Shown: in pieces, positions 54,630-64,000 of the stretch
Position numbering within the stretch: the first letter of the stretch is position 1
Layout: every line of letters starts with the position of its first letter
Assembly: GCA_038326775.1 (NCBI GenBank)
Contig: JBBQKJ010000004.1
Location: forward strand, 8,532 to 72,531
Reading direction: 5' to 3'
DNA length: 64,000 nucleotides
From: Candidatus Geothermincolia bacterium
Lineage (GTDB): Bacteria > Actinomycetota > Geothermincolia > Fen-727 > Anoxymicrobiaceae
Position numbers and translations under genes: made by a program
Notes under the pieces: model-generated
Told to the model about the DNA's origin: nothing
The model's database searches: none
Seen by the model: the letters and a program-made list of their open reading frames with translations, nothing else

Positions 54630-57098
54630 CTAGTTGTTGGCTCCCACCGGGGCCGTAACGGCGGCCTCTTCCCTTACCTCGAACTCGAGCCTTCCCTCTT
54701 CCTCGCTGACCATGATCACGTGGCCGCCGGTGAACTCGCCGCGAAGAATCGCTTCGGAGACGGGGTTCTCTATCAGGCGGGTGATGGCCCGCCTGAGCGG
54801 CCTGGCACCGAGAGAGGGGTCGAAGCCCTCCTTGACCAGGACGTCCTTGGCAGCTTCGCTGACCTCGAGCTTGATGTCCTGGTCGGCGAGCTGCTCGCGC
54901 ACGCGGTCGAGCAGGAGTTCGGCGATCGTCTTGACCTCCTCGATGGAAAGCTCGTGGAAGACTATGACGTCGTCTATGCGGTTGAGCAGCTCCGGGCGGA
55001 ATGTCCGCTTGAGCTCGCTTATGACTTTCTCCTTCATGTCTCCGTAGCCGAGCGCGCCCCCCTCGCTCGCCACCTTGAACCCCAGCGGCGCCGCGTTGTG
55101 GATCTCGCGGGTCCCGAGGTTGGACGTCATTATTATGATGGTGTTGCGGAAGTCGACCTGGTGGCCCTGGGAGTCGGTCAGCCGGCCGTCCTCGAGTATC
55201 TGCAGCAGGACGTTGAACACGTCATAGTGCGCCTTTTCTATCTCGTCGAGCAGCACCACCGAAAACGGCTTGCGCCTGACGGCCTCGGTCAGCTGGCCAC
55301 CCTCCTCGTGCCCGACGTACCCCGGGGGCGAGCCCACCAGGCGGGAGACGGAGTGCTTCTCCATGTACTCGGACATGTCTATCTGGAGCAGGGAGTCCTC
55401 GTTGCCGAACAGGAACTCGGCAAGGGTGCGCGCCAACTCGGTCTTGCCCACGCCGGAGGGGCCCAGGAATATGAACGAGCCGCCGGGCCTGCGCGGGTCT
55501 TTGAGGCCTGCCCGCGTGCGCCTGAGAGCCTGGGCGATGGCGATGACCGCCTCGTCCTGGCTTATGACGCGCTTGTGAAGCTCGTCTTCCATGCGCAGCA
55601 GCTTCTCGCTCTCGGCCTCGGTCAGCTGGTAGACGGGAATGCCCGTCCACGACGAGAGTATCTCGGTTATGCTCTCGTCGGTGACCTGTAGCTGGTGGCT
55701 CTGGTGGGGGACCTTCCAGTCTTTCTCGCTCTCGGCTATGTCGAGGATCGCATCCTGCTCTCTGTCGCGTATCTCCGCGGCCTTCTCGAAGTCTTGAGAG
55801 GCTATGGCCGCCTGCTTTTCCTGGCGCAGCTTCTGGAGGGCTTCCTCCTGCTCGCGTACGTCGGGTGGCGCCGTCATCGCCCGCATGCGCAGCCGGCTGG
55901 CCGCCTCGTCGATGAGGTCTATGGCCTTGTCGGGCAGGAACCGGTCGGAGATATATCGCTGGGCCAACCGCGCGGCGGCGACTATGGCGCCGTCGGTTAT
56001 CTGCACCTTGTGGTGCGCCTCGTAGCGGTCGCGAAGCCCCCGGAGGATATCGATGGTGTGCTCGACGGTCGGCTCGTCGACCGTTATCGGCTGGAACCTG
56101 CGCTCGAGTGCCGCGTCTCGCTCGAGGTACTTGCGGTACTCGTCCATGGTGGTGGCGCCGATGGTCTGGAGCTCACCCCTGGCCAGCGCCGGCTTGAGGA
56201 TGCTCGCGGCGTCTATCGCGCCCTCGGCGGCCCCCGCCCCGACGAGGTTGTGCAGCTCGTCGATGAAGAGGATGATGTCGCCGCGTCCGCGTATCTCTTT
56301 AATGACCTTCTTGAGCCGCTCCTCGAAGTCACCCCTGTAACGCGAGCCGGCGACCAGCGCGCCGAGATCGAGCGTATAGAGGTGCTTGCCACGGAGCATC
56401 TCCGGGACCTCGTTGGAGGAGATGGCCTGCGCGAGGCCTTCGACAATGGCGGTCTTGCCGACGCCGGGCTCGCCGACCAGCACAGGGTTGTTCTTGGTCC
56501 GGCGGGAGAGAACCTGCATGACCCGCTCGGTCTCCTTCTCGCGGCCTATGACCGGGTCCAGCTTGTTCTGCGATGCCAGCTCGGTCAGGTTGCGCCCGAA
56601 CTGGTCGAGCATGAGCGCCCCCTGGCCGCCCTCGCCGCCGGAGAGCTCTCCGGGCGCCGAACCGCTGCCGGACAGGCTCTTCAGCACCTGGTTGCGCAGC
56701 CGCTCGAGGTCGACCCCGAGCTTTACCAGCACCTTGGCCGCCACGCCCTCACCCTCGCGGATGAGGCCCAGGAGGATGTGCTCGGTGCCGATGTAGTTAT
56801 GGCCCAGCTGCAGTGCCTCGCGCAGCGAGAGCTCCAGCACCTTCTTTGCCCGAGGGGTGAAGGGGATGTGGCCGCTGGGCGCGCTCGAGCCCCGGCCGAT
56901 CACCTCGACGACCTGACCGCGAACTGCGTCGAGGTTTACCTGGAAAGCCTCGAGAGCTTTGGCCGCGATGCCCTCCCCCTCCTGGATCAGGCCCAGTAGA
57001 AGATGCTCGGTGCCTATATAGTTATGGTTGAGCTTTCTGGCCTCTTCCTGTGCCAGGACCACGACCCTTCTTGCGCTATCTGAAAATCTCTGGAACAA
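54630..57098 (-). CDS. clpC: ATP-dependent Clp protease ATP-binding subunit ClpC
   Basis: Tandem Clp-N repeats (GTEH twice), [11 protein letters not shown] motif ([11 protein letters not shown]), [11 protein letters not shown] ClpP-binding loop. Confidence 0.98.
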   Translation of the reverse strand: MFQRFSDSARRVVVLAQEEARKLNHNYIGTEHLLLGLIQEGEGIAAKALEAFQVNLDAVRGQVVEVIGRGSSAPSGHIPFTPRAKKVLELSLREALQLGHNYIGTEHILLGLIREGEGVAAKVLVKLGVDLERLRNQVLKSLSGSGSAPGELSGGEGGQGALMLDQFGRNLTELASQNKLDPVIGREKETERVMQVLSRRTKNNPVLVGEPGVGKTAIVEGLAQAISSNEVPEMLRGKHLYTLDLGALVAGSRYRGDFEERLKKVIKEIRGRGDIILFIDELHNLVGAGAAEGAIDAASILKPALARGELQTIGATTMDEYRKYLERDAALERRFQPITVDEPTVEHTIDILRGLRDRYEAHHKVQITDGAIVAAARLAQRYISDRFLPDKAIDLIDEAASRLRMRAMTAPPDVREQEEALQKLRQEKQAAIASQDFEKAAEIRDREQDAILDIAESEKDWKVPHQSHQLQVTDESITEILSSWTGIPVYQLTEAESEKLLRMEDELHKRVISQDEAVIAIAQALRRTRAGLKDPRRPGGSFIFLGPSGVGKTELARTLAEFLFGNEDSLLQIDMSEYMEKHSVSRLVGSPPGYVGHEEGGQLTEAVRRKPFSVVLLDEIEKAHYDVFNVLLQILEDGRLTDSQGHQVDFRNTIIIMTSNLGTREIHNAAPLGFKVASEGGALGYGDMKEKVISELKRTFRPELLNRIDDVIVFHELSIEEVKTIAELLLDRVREQLADQDIKLEVSEAAKDVLVKEGFDPSLGARPLRRAITRLIENPVSEAILRGEFTGGHVIMVSEEEGRLEFEVREEAAVTAPVGANN

Positions 57099-57169
57099 CC
57101 TTCATCCCTCCCATCCTTAATGTATGCCACATCGCTTGCAAACGCGCAACCCCCATTTGGGTCGAGTCC

Positions 57170-58225
57170 CTAGAGGTCGAGCATGCGCCTCACGTGGACC
57201 GCCCGCTCGCTCTCGATGTCTTCGCTTTCCGTTTTCCCGCCCGTGAGCTCCTTCAGGTGGGAGGGCCCCGCCCCCACGCCCACCTCCAGGATGTTGAAAT
57301 CCTCTATGGGGATGATCTCCATGTCCACCCCCAGCTTCACCATCGACACAAGCTCGAGCGCCTCGAAGAAACCCACGCGCCTCGCCCGCTCAATGATACC
57401 CAGCGCCCGGTAGACACGGTCCGCAAGGTCGAGCGGCGACTCACGGAGCATCATCTTCCTGGCGGTCCTCTCGTTGTCGACGACCTGGCGCACTATCCTG
57501 TCCATGTTCTCGACGATGAACTCCTCAGTATGCCCCAGGGTCTGGCGGTTCGATATCTGGAACAGGTTCCCGGCCACCCCCGAACCCTCGCCGTAGAGGC
57601 CGCGGACGTAGACTCCCGCCTGGCCCAGTGCCGATATCGTGCGTGCTATCTCACCGCTGGCCACGAGCGCCGGCAGGTGGAGCAGGGCCGATACCCGCAA
57701 GCCCGTCCCGACGTTGCTGGGACATGGGGTAAGGTACCCCAGCCTCTGGTCAAAGGAGTACTGCACCTCGCTCTCGATGCTGTTATCAATTTTATCGGCG
57801 GCGCGCCAGGCTTCCATGAACTGGGCTCCGGGGAGGATGGATTGCATCCTGACGTGGTCCTCCTCGTTCACAGTGACGCTCCGCCCATCGCTCCAGCACA
57901 GTGCCACCGCCCTCCCGCCGGGTCTCTCCCCGAACGACTGGCTGGTGAGGTGCTCCTCCGCCATGGAAGCGAGCTCGTCGCCCGAGAGCTCCTCGGCGAA
58001 CCGTATGTCCCAGTCGCGCTCGCTCGCCACCTTCCTGGAGACCGCTTCCAGCACCATGCCCCGGGCCCGCTCCAGGTCCTCCTCGTCCCCGGAGGTCGGG
58101 AACCGGAGCCCTTCGATATTGCGGGCCAGCCGGGCGCGGCTGGACAGGACCATGGGGTAGCTCGGCCCCCTGGTCCTGAGCCAGGAGGGGCTATTCTTTG
58201 GGGCCTTACTCCTGCTCACCTTCAC
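57170..58225 (-). CDS. mcsB: Protein-arginine kinase McsB
   Basis: LSSRARLARN, VNEEDH, GYLTPCPSNVGTGLR, RGLYGEGS, QISNRQTLG. Confidence 0.95.
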   Translation of the reverse strand: MKVSRSKAPKNSPSWLRTRGPSYPMVLSSRARLARNIEGLRFPTSGDEEDLERARGMVLEAVSRKVASERDWDIRFAEELSGDELASMAEEHLTSQSFGERPGGRAVALCWSDGRSVTVNEEDHVRMQSILPGAQFMEAWRAADKIDNSIESEVQYSFDQRLGYLTPCPSNVGTGLRVSALLHLPALVASGEIARTISALGQAGVYVRGLYGEGSGVAGNLFQISNRQTLGHTEEFIVENMDRIVRQVVDNERTARKMMLRESPLDLADRVYRALGIIERARRVGFFEALELVSMVKLGVDMEIIPIEDFNILEVGVGAGPSHLKELTGGKTESEDIESERAVHVRRMLDL

Positions 58226-58748
58226 TCACTTTCCTGTCAAGCCTGTCCTCTATCTCGCGAATCTGGTCCCTGACCGCGGCGGCGGCCTCGTACTCCTCCC
58301 GGGAGACTTGATGCTCAAGGTCCTTTTCCAGTTCCATCAGCCGCTTGCGCAACCGGGCCCCACGGGAGACCTTCCCGGGCATCTTGCCCACGTGCTCCTC
58401 GGCCTCCTGGAACTCGATGATGACCTGCCTCAGCGGCTCGCCGAACGCCTCGTAGCACCCCGGGCACCCCAGGAAGCCCATCTTCTGAAAGTCATTGAAA
58501 GAAGTACCGCACGGCTCGCAGGCCAGCAGCTTGCAGGAGAGCACGTCCTCTACCAGGCGCTCCTCGATGCCCTGGAGCCCGGATAATATCTGCGGCAGGA
58601 AGGCGAGCAGGTTCGCCGCCTCTGTGGTCTCCTCCATCCGTGCCGCGCACTCCTCGCAGAGCTGCACCTTGGAGACCTCGTTACCCGAGATCTTGGTCAG
58701 GAAGACCGTCGCGATATTCTTCTTGCACTCGTCACAAAATATATTCAT
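58206..58748 (-). CDS. mcsA: McsA activator (CxxC zinc motifs plus UVR domain)
   Basis: CDEC...LCEEC, CEPC...LGCPGCY, HVGKMP, EEYEAAAAVRDQI; ATG 58748. Confidence 0.93.
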   Translation of the reverse strand: MNIFCDECKKNIATVFLTKISGNEVSKVQLCEECAARMEETTEAANLLAFLPQILSGLQGIEERLVEDVLSCKLLACEPCGTSFNDFQKMGFLGCPGCYEAFGEPLRQVIIEFQEAEEHVGKMPGKVSRGARLRKRLMELEKDLEHQVSREEYEAAAAVRDQIREIEDRLDRKVSEGEQE

Positions 58749-58896
58749 CAGCGCTCCCGCCGCGTCGCCCGCGGCCGTATGTGCCTTCATACTATAACGA
58801 ATGACGCATACCGGTGATGATATCTGTCAATGGGTCGGAGGATGGCGTTCCACTCCAACAGCCGTCGTCCTTGATAACCAGTTCGACGCCGGGGAA

Positions 58897-60426
58897 TTAT
58901 GACCTACCCTGCGTGGGCCGCAGGTGGGGGAATATGATCACGTCCCTGATATTCTGAGAGCCGGTCGCCAGCATGATGAGCCTGTCTATGCCCACGCCCA
59001 GGCCTCCGGCGGGGGGCATGCCGTACTCCAGCGCGGCGAGGTAGTCCTCGTCGACCGGGTGCGCCTCTTCGTCGCCCCCGGCCCTCTTGAGGGCCTGGGC
59101 CTCGAAACGCTCACGCTGGTCCATGGGGTCGGCGAGTTCCGAGAAGGCGTTCGCGATCTCCTGCCCCGCTATCAGTATCTCGAAACGCTCTGTGAAGCCG
59201 GGAGAGGTCGGGCTCCTGCGGGCAAGCGGGGATATCTCCTCGGGGTATTCGAGGACGAATGTGGGTTGGATGAGCTTTGGCTCCACCAGCTTTTCGTACA
59301 GCTCGGCGATTATCCAACCCGGGCCGGCGCCCGCTGGGACCTCGACGTCGCTCTGCTCGGCGACGGACCTCAGCCGGTCGGCGCCCATGGAAAGGTCCAC
59401 GTCGAGGCCCGCGTACTCCGAGAGGGACTCGAGCATGGTCACCTCTTTCCAGGGCGGCGCGAGTGAGATGCTGCTGCCCGCGTACTCTATCTCGGTCGTG
59501 CCGGCAACGAACAGGATGGCCGCGGTTATCAGCTCCTGAAGAAGCTCCATCATGTAGCGGTAATCGACGAAAGCCACGTATGCCTCGAGCATGGTGAACT
59601 CCGGGTTGTGGCGCGAGCTTATCCCCTCGTTGCGGAAGTTGCGGTTCAGCTCGTAGACTTTATCGTAACCTCCCACGAGCAGCCTCTTCAGGTAAAGCTC
59701 GGGGGCGATGCGCAAGTAAAGGTCCATGCCCAGTGCGTTGTGGTGGGTGACGAACGGGCGTGCCACAGCACCGCCCGGCACCTGCTGCAGCATGGGCGTC
59801 TCGACCTCGAGGAAGCCTCGCTCGTCGAGGAAACGCCTGATTTCACGGACGGCCCCGGACCTCGCCTCGAGCACGCGCCGGGCATCTTCGTTCATAATAA
59901 GGTCAAGGTAGCGCTGGCGGTACCTCTGCTCGCGGTCCTTGAGTCCGTGCCATTTCTCCGGCAGCGGTCGAAGCGACTTGGAGAGCAGTTGGTATGACTC
60001 GACCGATACCGACAGCTCGCCCCGGCGCGACCTCAATACCTCGCCGGTGGCCCCTATCCAGTCGCCGATATCCAGGTCGTTGAACTCCTGGTAAAGCCCC
60101 TCACCCAGCAGGTCCTGGCGAAGCATGAGCTGTATCCTTCCCGAGGAGTCCTGGAGGTCCGCAAAAGTGGCCTTGCCATGCTCGCGCCTGCCCACCAGGC
60201 GGCCTGCCACGACCGCCTTCTCACCAGAACCGGCCCCGGGCTCGAGCCCGTGGTGCTTTTCGTGGAGGCCCGCGGAGAGCGTGATGTCACCGGGATTCGC
60301 GTAGCGCGGCTTGTACGGCTCGCCACCCGCCTCGATGATCTTCCGGAGCTTGGCGTGTCGCACCCGAACGAGCTCGCCCTCCGGCTCCCCTGCTCTTTGA
60401 GCATCGTCGTCAGCCATTTTGAACAA
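58897..60426 (-). CDS. lysS: Lysine--tRNA ligase (class II)
   Basis: RYRQRYLDLI, LRIAPELYLKRL, FRNEG...HNPEFTMLE, EYGMPPAGGLGVGIDRL. Confidence 0.98.
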   Translation of the reverse strand: MFKMADDDAQRAGEPEGELVRVRHAKLRKIIEAGGEPYKPRYANPGDITLSAGLHEKHHGLEPGAGSGEKAVVAGRLVGRREHGKATFADLQDSSGRIQLMLRQDLLGEGLYQEFNDLDIGDWIGATGEVLRSRRGELSVSVESYQLLSKSLRPLPEKWHGLKDREQRYRQRYLDLIMNEDARRVLEARSGAVREIRRFLDERGFLEVETPMLQQVPGGAVARPFVTHHNALGMDLYLRIAPELYLKRLLVGGYDKVYELNRNFRNEGISSRHNPEFTMLEAYVAFVDYRYMMELLQELITAAILFVAGTTEIEYAGSSISLAPPWKEVTMLESLSEYAGLDVDLSMGADRLRSVAEQSDVEVPAGAGPGWIIAELYEKLVEPKLIQPTFVLEYPEEISPLARRSPTSPGFTERFEILIAGQEIANAFSELADPMDQRERFEAQALKRAGGDEEAHPVDEDYLAALEYGMPPAGGLGVGIDRLIMLATGSQNIRDVIIFPHLRPTQGRS

Positions 60427-60475
60427 ACCTCCGCGGGAGAAATAGAGGATAGCACTACCGGGATCCGGCCCGATC

Positions 60476-60991
60476 TTACTTCTTGATGGAGAGGACGCGG
60501 TATTTGATCTCGCCGGCGGGGGCGCTCACAACCGCCACTTCGTTGACCTTCAGCCCCATGAGGGCCCGGCCTACCGGGCTCTCGAAAGAAATCATCTGGT
60601 TGTCCGGGTTAGCCTCGGCGGAACCGACTATCCGGTAGGAGCGCTTCTTGCTCGAGCCCACCGGCTTTATCTCCACCAGGGAGCCTATGCCAACCTCCTT
60701 GGTCTTGACCTGGCGCAGGTCGATGATCCGGGCCCTGGCAATCATTGTCTCGATCTTGACTATGCGGCTCTCGACGCGGGCCTGCTCGTTCTTTGCGTCG
60801 TCGTATTCGGAGTTCTCCGAGATGTCGCCGTAGCTGATAGCGTTCTTAAGGCGCTCGGCCACCTCCCGGCGCTTGACGTTCTTGAGATCGGCCAGTTCCT
60901 CCGTCAACTTCTTGTGGCCTTCCTCCGTCAGGAAGACCTCACCGTTCATCGCCTGGTCGGGCAATTCCATCGTTTCACCCCAATAAAACAA
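60476..60991 (-). CDS. greA: Transcription elongation factor GreA
   Basis: GDISENSEYDDAKNEQ, ISFESPVGRALMG. Confidence 0.97.
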   Translation of the reverse strand: MFYWGETMELPDQAMNGEVFLTEEGHKKLTEELADLKNVKRREVAERLKNAISYGDISENSEYDDAKNEQARVESRIVKIETMIARARIIDLRQVKTKEVGIGSLVEIKPVGSSKKRSYRIVGSAEANPDNQMISFESPVGRALMGLKVNEVAVVSAPAGEIKYRVLSIKK

Positions 60992-61127
60992 GACGCTGCC
61001 GTACTGAACGACAGTTGCTTCCCTCTGTTATCGCCGTGGCATTGGCGAATATTATAGCACGGCAAATAACATTTGCAAGGAGATTATCGGCGGGGGCCGG
61101 CCCGGGCTTTAGCGGGCCGAAATCACC

Positions 61128-63680
61128 TCAGAACGCCGAGGCGACCGAGTTGCGTCCGGTCTGTTTCGCCGCGTACAGGGCGAGGTCGGCCTGGTGCACC
61201 ATGGTGGTCTCCTCCTCGCAGTCCCTGGGGAAGGAAGCGACCCCCAAGCTGACGGTTACGCTCCCGCCTGGTACCTTCTCCTCCCCGGCAAAATGGAAGT
61301 CCGCCACGGCGCGCCGCACCTTCTCCGCCACCAACACGGCCTCGTCGGAGTCGGTCTCGGGTAGCACAACGCAGAACTCGTCGCCTCCATAACGGAACAC
61401 CTTGTCGGCGTCCCTGGTGCTGGAGTCGATGATGGAGGCTGTCTGCGAGAGGACCACGTCCCCCTGCTGGTGGCCCAGCGTGTCGTTGCAAGCCTTGAGG
61501 TTGTCCAGGTCGACCATGAGGAAAGAGACCGGCCTCCTGTAGCGTCGCGCCCTGCTGACCTCCTCGGAGAGGACAAACCCCAGTTGCCGCACGTTGAAAA
61601 CCCCCGTCAGGGGATCGGTAATAGCGAGCCTTTTGATCTCCTCGAAAAGTAAGGCGCGCTGGAGCGCGAGCCCCACCTGGTCGGCGAAGGCCATCGCAAG
61701 CTGCTGGTCCTCCTCCCCGAAAGCGTCCGGACGCTCACTGCGCACGTGGAGGACCCCCAGGGTCCTGCCCTCCGACTGCATGCCCACGCACATGACCGAG
61801 CCCCGGCCTATCCTTGCGAGGGTGCGGCAGGCGACCTTCGTGCTCGCCAGGTCGTCCACTCCGATGAGCCGCCCTTCAGAGACCGTCCAGCAATCCTCCA
61901 CCCTGGGATAAGGCGGAGAGCCAAGGCGCGCGAGGACGTCTTCACCGTAGCCGAACGACTCCACGCAGCGCATGGTGCCGTCCTTCTCGTCGATCCGGTA
62001 AATAAGCCCGAAGGTACAGTCGAACAAGTGGCGCATGCTGTCGAGCGTCAACCTCATGATTGTCGGCAGGTCGGCGGTGGAGCCGATCGCGTTCGTGAGC
62101 TGCACCAGGCTGGCCAACTGGGTGGCGTCCGCCTTTATCCTCTCGTGAAGGCGGGCGTTTATTACGGCGAGGGCCACCTCGTTCGCCACAAGGGTGAGCT
62201 GGGCCGCCTGGGACTCGTCGAACTCCCCCGGCTCCGTGTCGGTCGCGCACAGCAGGCCGCCGATCGCGCCGTGCATGTAAAAGGGCGCCATCAGCACGGC
62301 GCCCGCCGACCTGATGAAGTCGGGCAGAGCCCAGTTCGCGGCGGGGCTGCTCAAGCACATCGCGGGCGGCCTCTGCGCGAGGTTGTACATCTCCTCGAAC
62401 TCGCCCAGCTCGATGCCGCCATCCGGCGGGAAGGTGGTCCGCCTGGCCCCTCCCCCTATCATCAGCTTCGGGACAAGGTACGCCCGGCGCTCATCAAGCA
62501 GGAAGGCGGCGCAGCCGGACGCCCCCGTGTTCCTGGCCGCCAGCCTGCAGGCGTTCTCCAGGACCTGGCCTAGCTCCAGTGTCGAGCCCAGCTCGCGGCT
62601 TGCCCGGTAGAGCGTGTCGGCCTCGCTCCTCTTGCGCTGCTCTTCGGCGTAGCGCATGGTGTTCTCGAGGCCGGCCGCAGCCTGGGCCAGAATCGCTTTG
62701 CATATCCGCAACTCGCGCTGCGAGAAGGGGCGCCTTCCGCCGCGCCTCTCGACGGTCACTATGCCCTTGACCTCGTCGCGGATGGTTATGGGTAGGACCA
62801 TCAGGGCGCGCGGCGTGCGCTCTTCCGTCCCCTCGGAGTCGAGCGGCCGCTCGCCATGGGCGTCGTCCACCAGGAACGGCTCTCGTGTCTCCACCACGCG
62901 GCTTGCGACGTTGTCCGCCTTCAGGTCCAACTTGCCGGCCAGGAGCTTCCCCATGGCGGCATTGTCTCTCTCGGTAGTGCTCTTCGGCGCAGCCCACCGG
63001 CCGTCCGAGCTGACCAGGAAGGCGGTGCAGCGCCCGAGGCCGGTGGCTTCGCTGATGCCCTCGACCACCGTGCTCAGAAGCTCGTCCATCTCCAGCGTTG
63101 CGCCGATGGCGGCGGCTATGCGCGAGAGGATACGTGCTTCGTTCCGCCCCCGCCGCTCGCTCTCTGTGAGGTAGGCGGACACGCCGGCGATCGTCCACAT
63201 CAGGACCAGGCGGACCATTGCGTCGGCTATTATCGCCTTCTTTACAGCGGGGCCGTACCCGGCGAATATCGTCACAAGGTAAAGCGCCGTGAAACCCAGG
63301 GCGGCTATCGCGGCCGGCTTGTACCCGAAGCGCGCGGCGATGACTATGACCAGCACCGTGAGGATCCAGAACGCCTCGGGGATGAACCTGGGCCAGACAA
63401 GCAGGATTGCAAGCACCAGGCCGGCGTCAATGGCGGCGGTGATGTTTGCGACCTGGGCCGCGGCTCTCCGCGAGATCGAGCGGGCCCTCAGGTAGATCAC
63501 GGTCATGACTCCGCTGAAGAGAAAAGTGCCCAGCACGATCAGGAGCCTTGTTGCGAAGGAGATCTCCTGCCTGGGAAATAGCGGGAGGAGCACGAACGGG
63601 CAGATGAGGATGCAGATCGCCCACTGTGCGACCATCGCAAGGTCTTCGTTCGTGAACTGCCTCTTCACTCGCTCCCCCAT
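61128..63680 (-). CDS. Membrane triple-GAF GGDEF diguanylate cyclase
   Basis: ~6 TMs, three GAF repeats, TDPLTG, RDAD I-site, intact GGDEF. Confidence 0.93.
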   Translation of the reverse strand: MGERVKRQFTNEDLAMVAQWAICILICPFVLLPLFPRQEISFATRLLIVLGTFLFSGVMTVIYLRARSISRRAAAQVANITAAIDAGLVLAILLVWPRFIPEAFWILTVLVIVIAARFGYKPAAIAALGFTALYLVTIFAGYGPAVKKAIIADAMVRLVLMWTIAGVSAYLTESERRGRNEARILSRIAAAIGATLEMDELLSTVVEGISEATGLGRCTAFLVSSDGRWAAPKSTTERDNAAMGKLLAGKLDLKADNVASRVVETREPFLVDDAHGERPLDSEGTEERTPRALMVLPITIRDEVKGIVTVERRGGRRPFSQRELRICKAILAQAAAGLENTMRYAEEQRKRSEADTLYRASRELGSTLELGQVLENACRLAARNTGASGCAAFLLDERRAYLVPKLMIGGGARRTTFPPDGGIELGEFEEMYNLAQRPPAMCLSSPAANWALPDFIRSAGAVLMAPFYMHGAIGGLLCATDTEPGEFDESQAAQLTLVANEVALAVINARLHERIKADATQLASLVQLTNAIGSTADLPTIMRLTLDSMRHLFDCTFGLIYRIDEKDGTMRCVESFGYGEDVLARLGSPPYPRVEDCWTVSEGRLIGVDDLASTKVACRTLARIGRGSVMCVGMQSEGRTLGVLHVRSERPDAFGEEDQQLAMAFADQVGLALQRALLFEEIKRLAITDPLTGVFNVRQLGFVLSEEVSRARRYRRPVSFLMVDLDNLKACNDTLGHQQGDVVLSQTASIIDSSTRDADKVFRYGGDEFCVVLPETDSDEAVLVAEKVRRAVADFHFAGEEKVPGGSVTVSLGVASFPRDCEEETTMVHQADLALYAAKQTGRNSVASAF

Positions 63681-63689
63681 TCCGCTGCC

Positions 63690-64000
63690 TCAGGGCACCA
63701 CCTTGCCTAGAGGTATCTCCAGGATGCCCGTTGCGCCGCTAGCCTTGAGCCGGGGGATGAGTTCGGCAAGGCTTTTCTTCTCCACCACTGTCTCGACGGC
63801 GAACCCGCCATCGGCCAACGGGCTGACCGTGGGGGAGCGCAGGGCCGGGAGTATCTCGAGCACCGCGTCCCTCTCGGCCGAGCCCACGTTCAACTTGAGC
63901 AGGACCTTGCCGCGCGCCTCGAGGGCCGAGAGAAGAAGGGTGCGCACCTCGTCCATCAGCCTGCGCCTCAGCGGGTCGGCGTAACTCTCGCGGTTGGCTA
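63690..64000 (-). CDS. hisG: ATP phosphoribosyltransferase, long form (5' truncated)
   Basis: Open to the window end: ANRESYADP...ALEARGKVLLKLNV...LPALRSPTVSPL...GATGILEIPLGKVVP. Confidence 0.9.
   Translation of the reverse strand, partial: ANRESYADPLRRRLMDEVRTLLLSALEARGKVLLKLNVGSAERDAVLEILPALRSPTVSPLADGGFAVETVVEKKSLAELIPRLKASGATGILEIPLGKVVP

Overview
High-GC bacterial chromosomal window, gene-dense, with no rRNA, tRNA, CRISPR array, integrase or transposase that I could find. Marker genes suggest (inference) an anaerobic deep-branching actinobacterium such as Ca. Geothermincolia: PadR-ino1, a SepX/GlpR-like gene, an LCP with C-terminal domain, a WYLAEG-repeat (DUF5719-type) secreted protein and CooT. 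It also carries Firmicute-style genes (veg, mcsA-mcsB, PIN/TRAM). The left part holds moaD/thiF, cpaB, LCP, clpB, an MFS transporter and a lower-GC surface-protein locus (LytTR regulator, two paralogous pilin/WxL-like subunits, a DUF916/DUF3324-like membrane partner, a 1133-aa repeat protein). The middle holds zinc-ribbon and transglutaminase-like genes, veg, thiolase, MoxR-DUF58-transglutaminase, PadR-ino1 with a visible double operator, hydrolases, a diguanylate cyclase, pilT, HDAC, NlpC/P60, a chelatase-like AAA-VWA, a second LytTR regulator, cooT and a pilGHI-like ABC operon. The right part is the housekeeping block hisG, DGC, greA, lysS, mcsA, mcsB, clpC, disA, carD, PIN/TRAM, ispD, ispF and an NfnB/GltA-like gene, without ctsR or radA. 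Best novelty candidates: (1) an unannotated ~356-nt, promoter-preceded, multi-domain structured RNA at 43568-43923 just downstream of a LytTR regulator; (2) a putative usher- and sortase-independent donor-strand pilus/WxL-like locus at 12636-16180; (3) an intact McsAB protein-arginine kinase module without CtsR, next to a ClpC with one altered pArg pocket. All family calls come from motif recognition and no database searches were run. Several starts were moved from the ORF track to codons with a ribosome-binding site.
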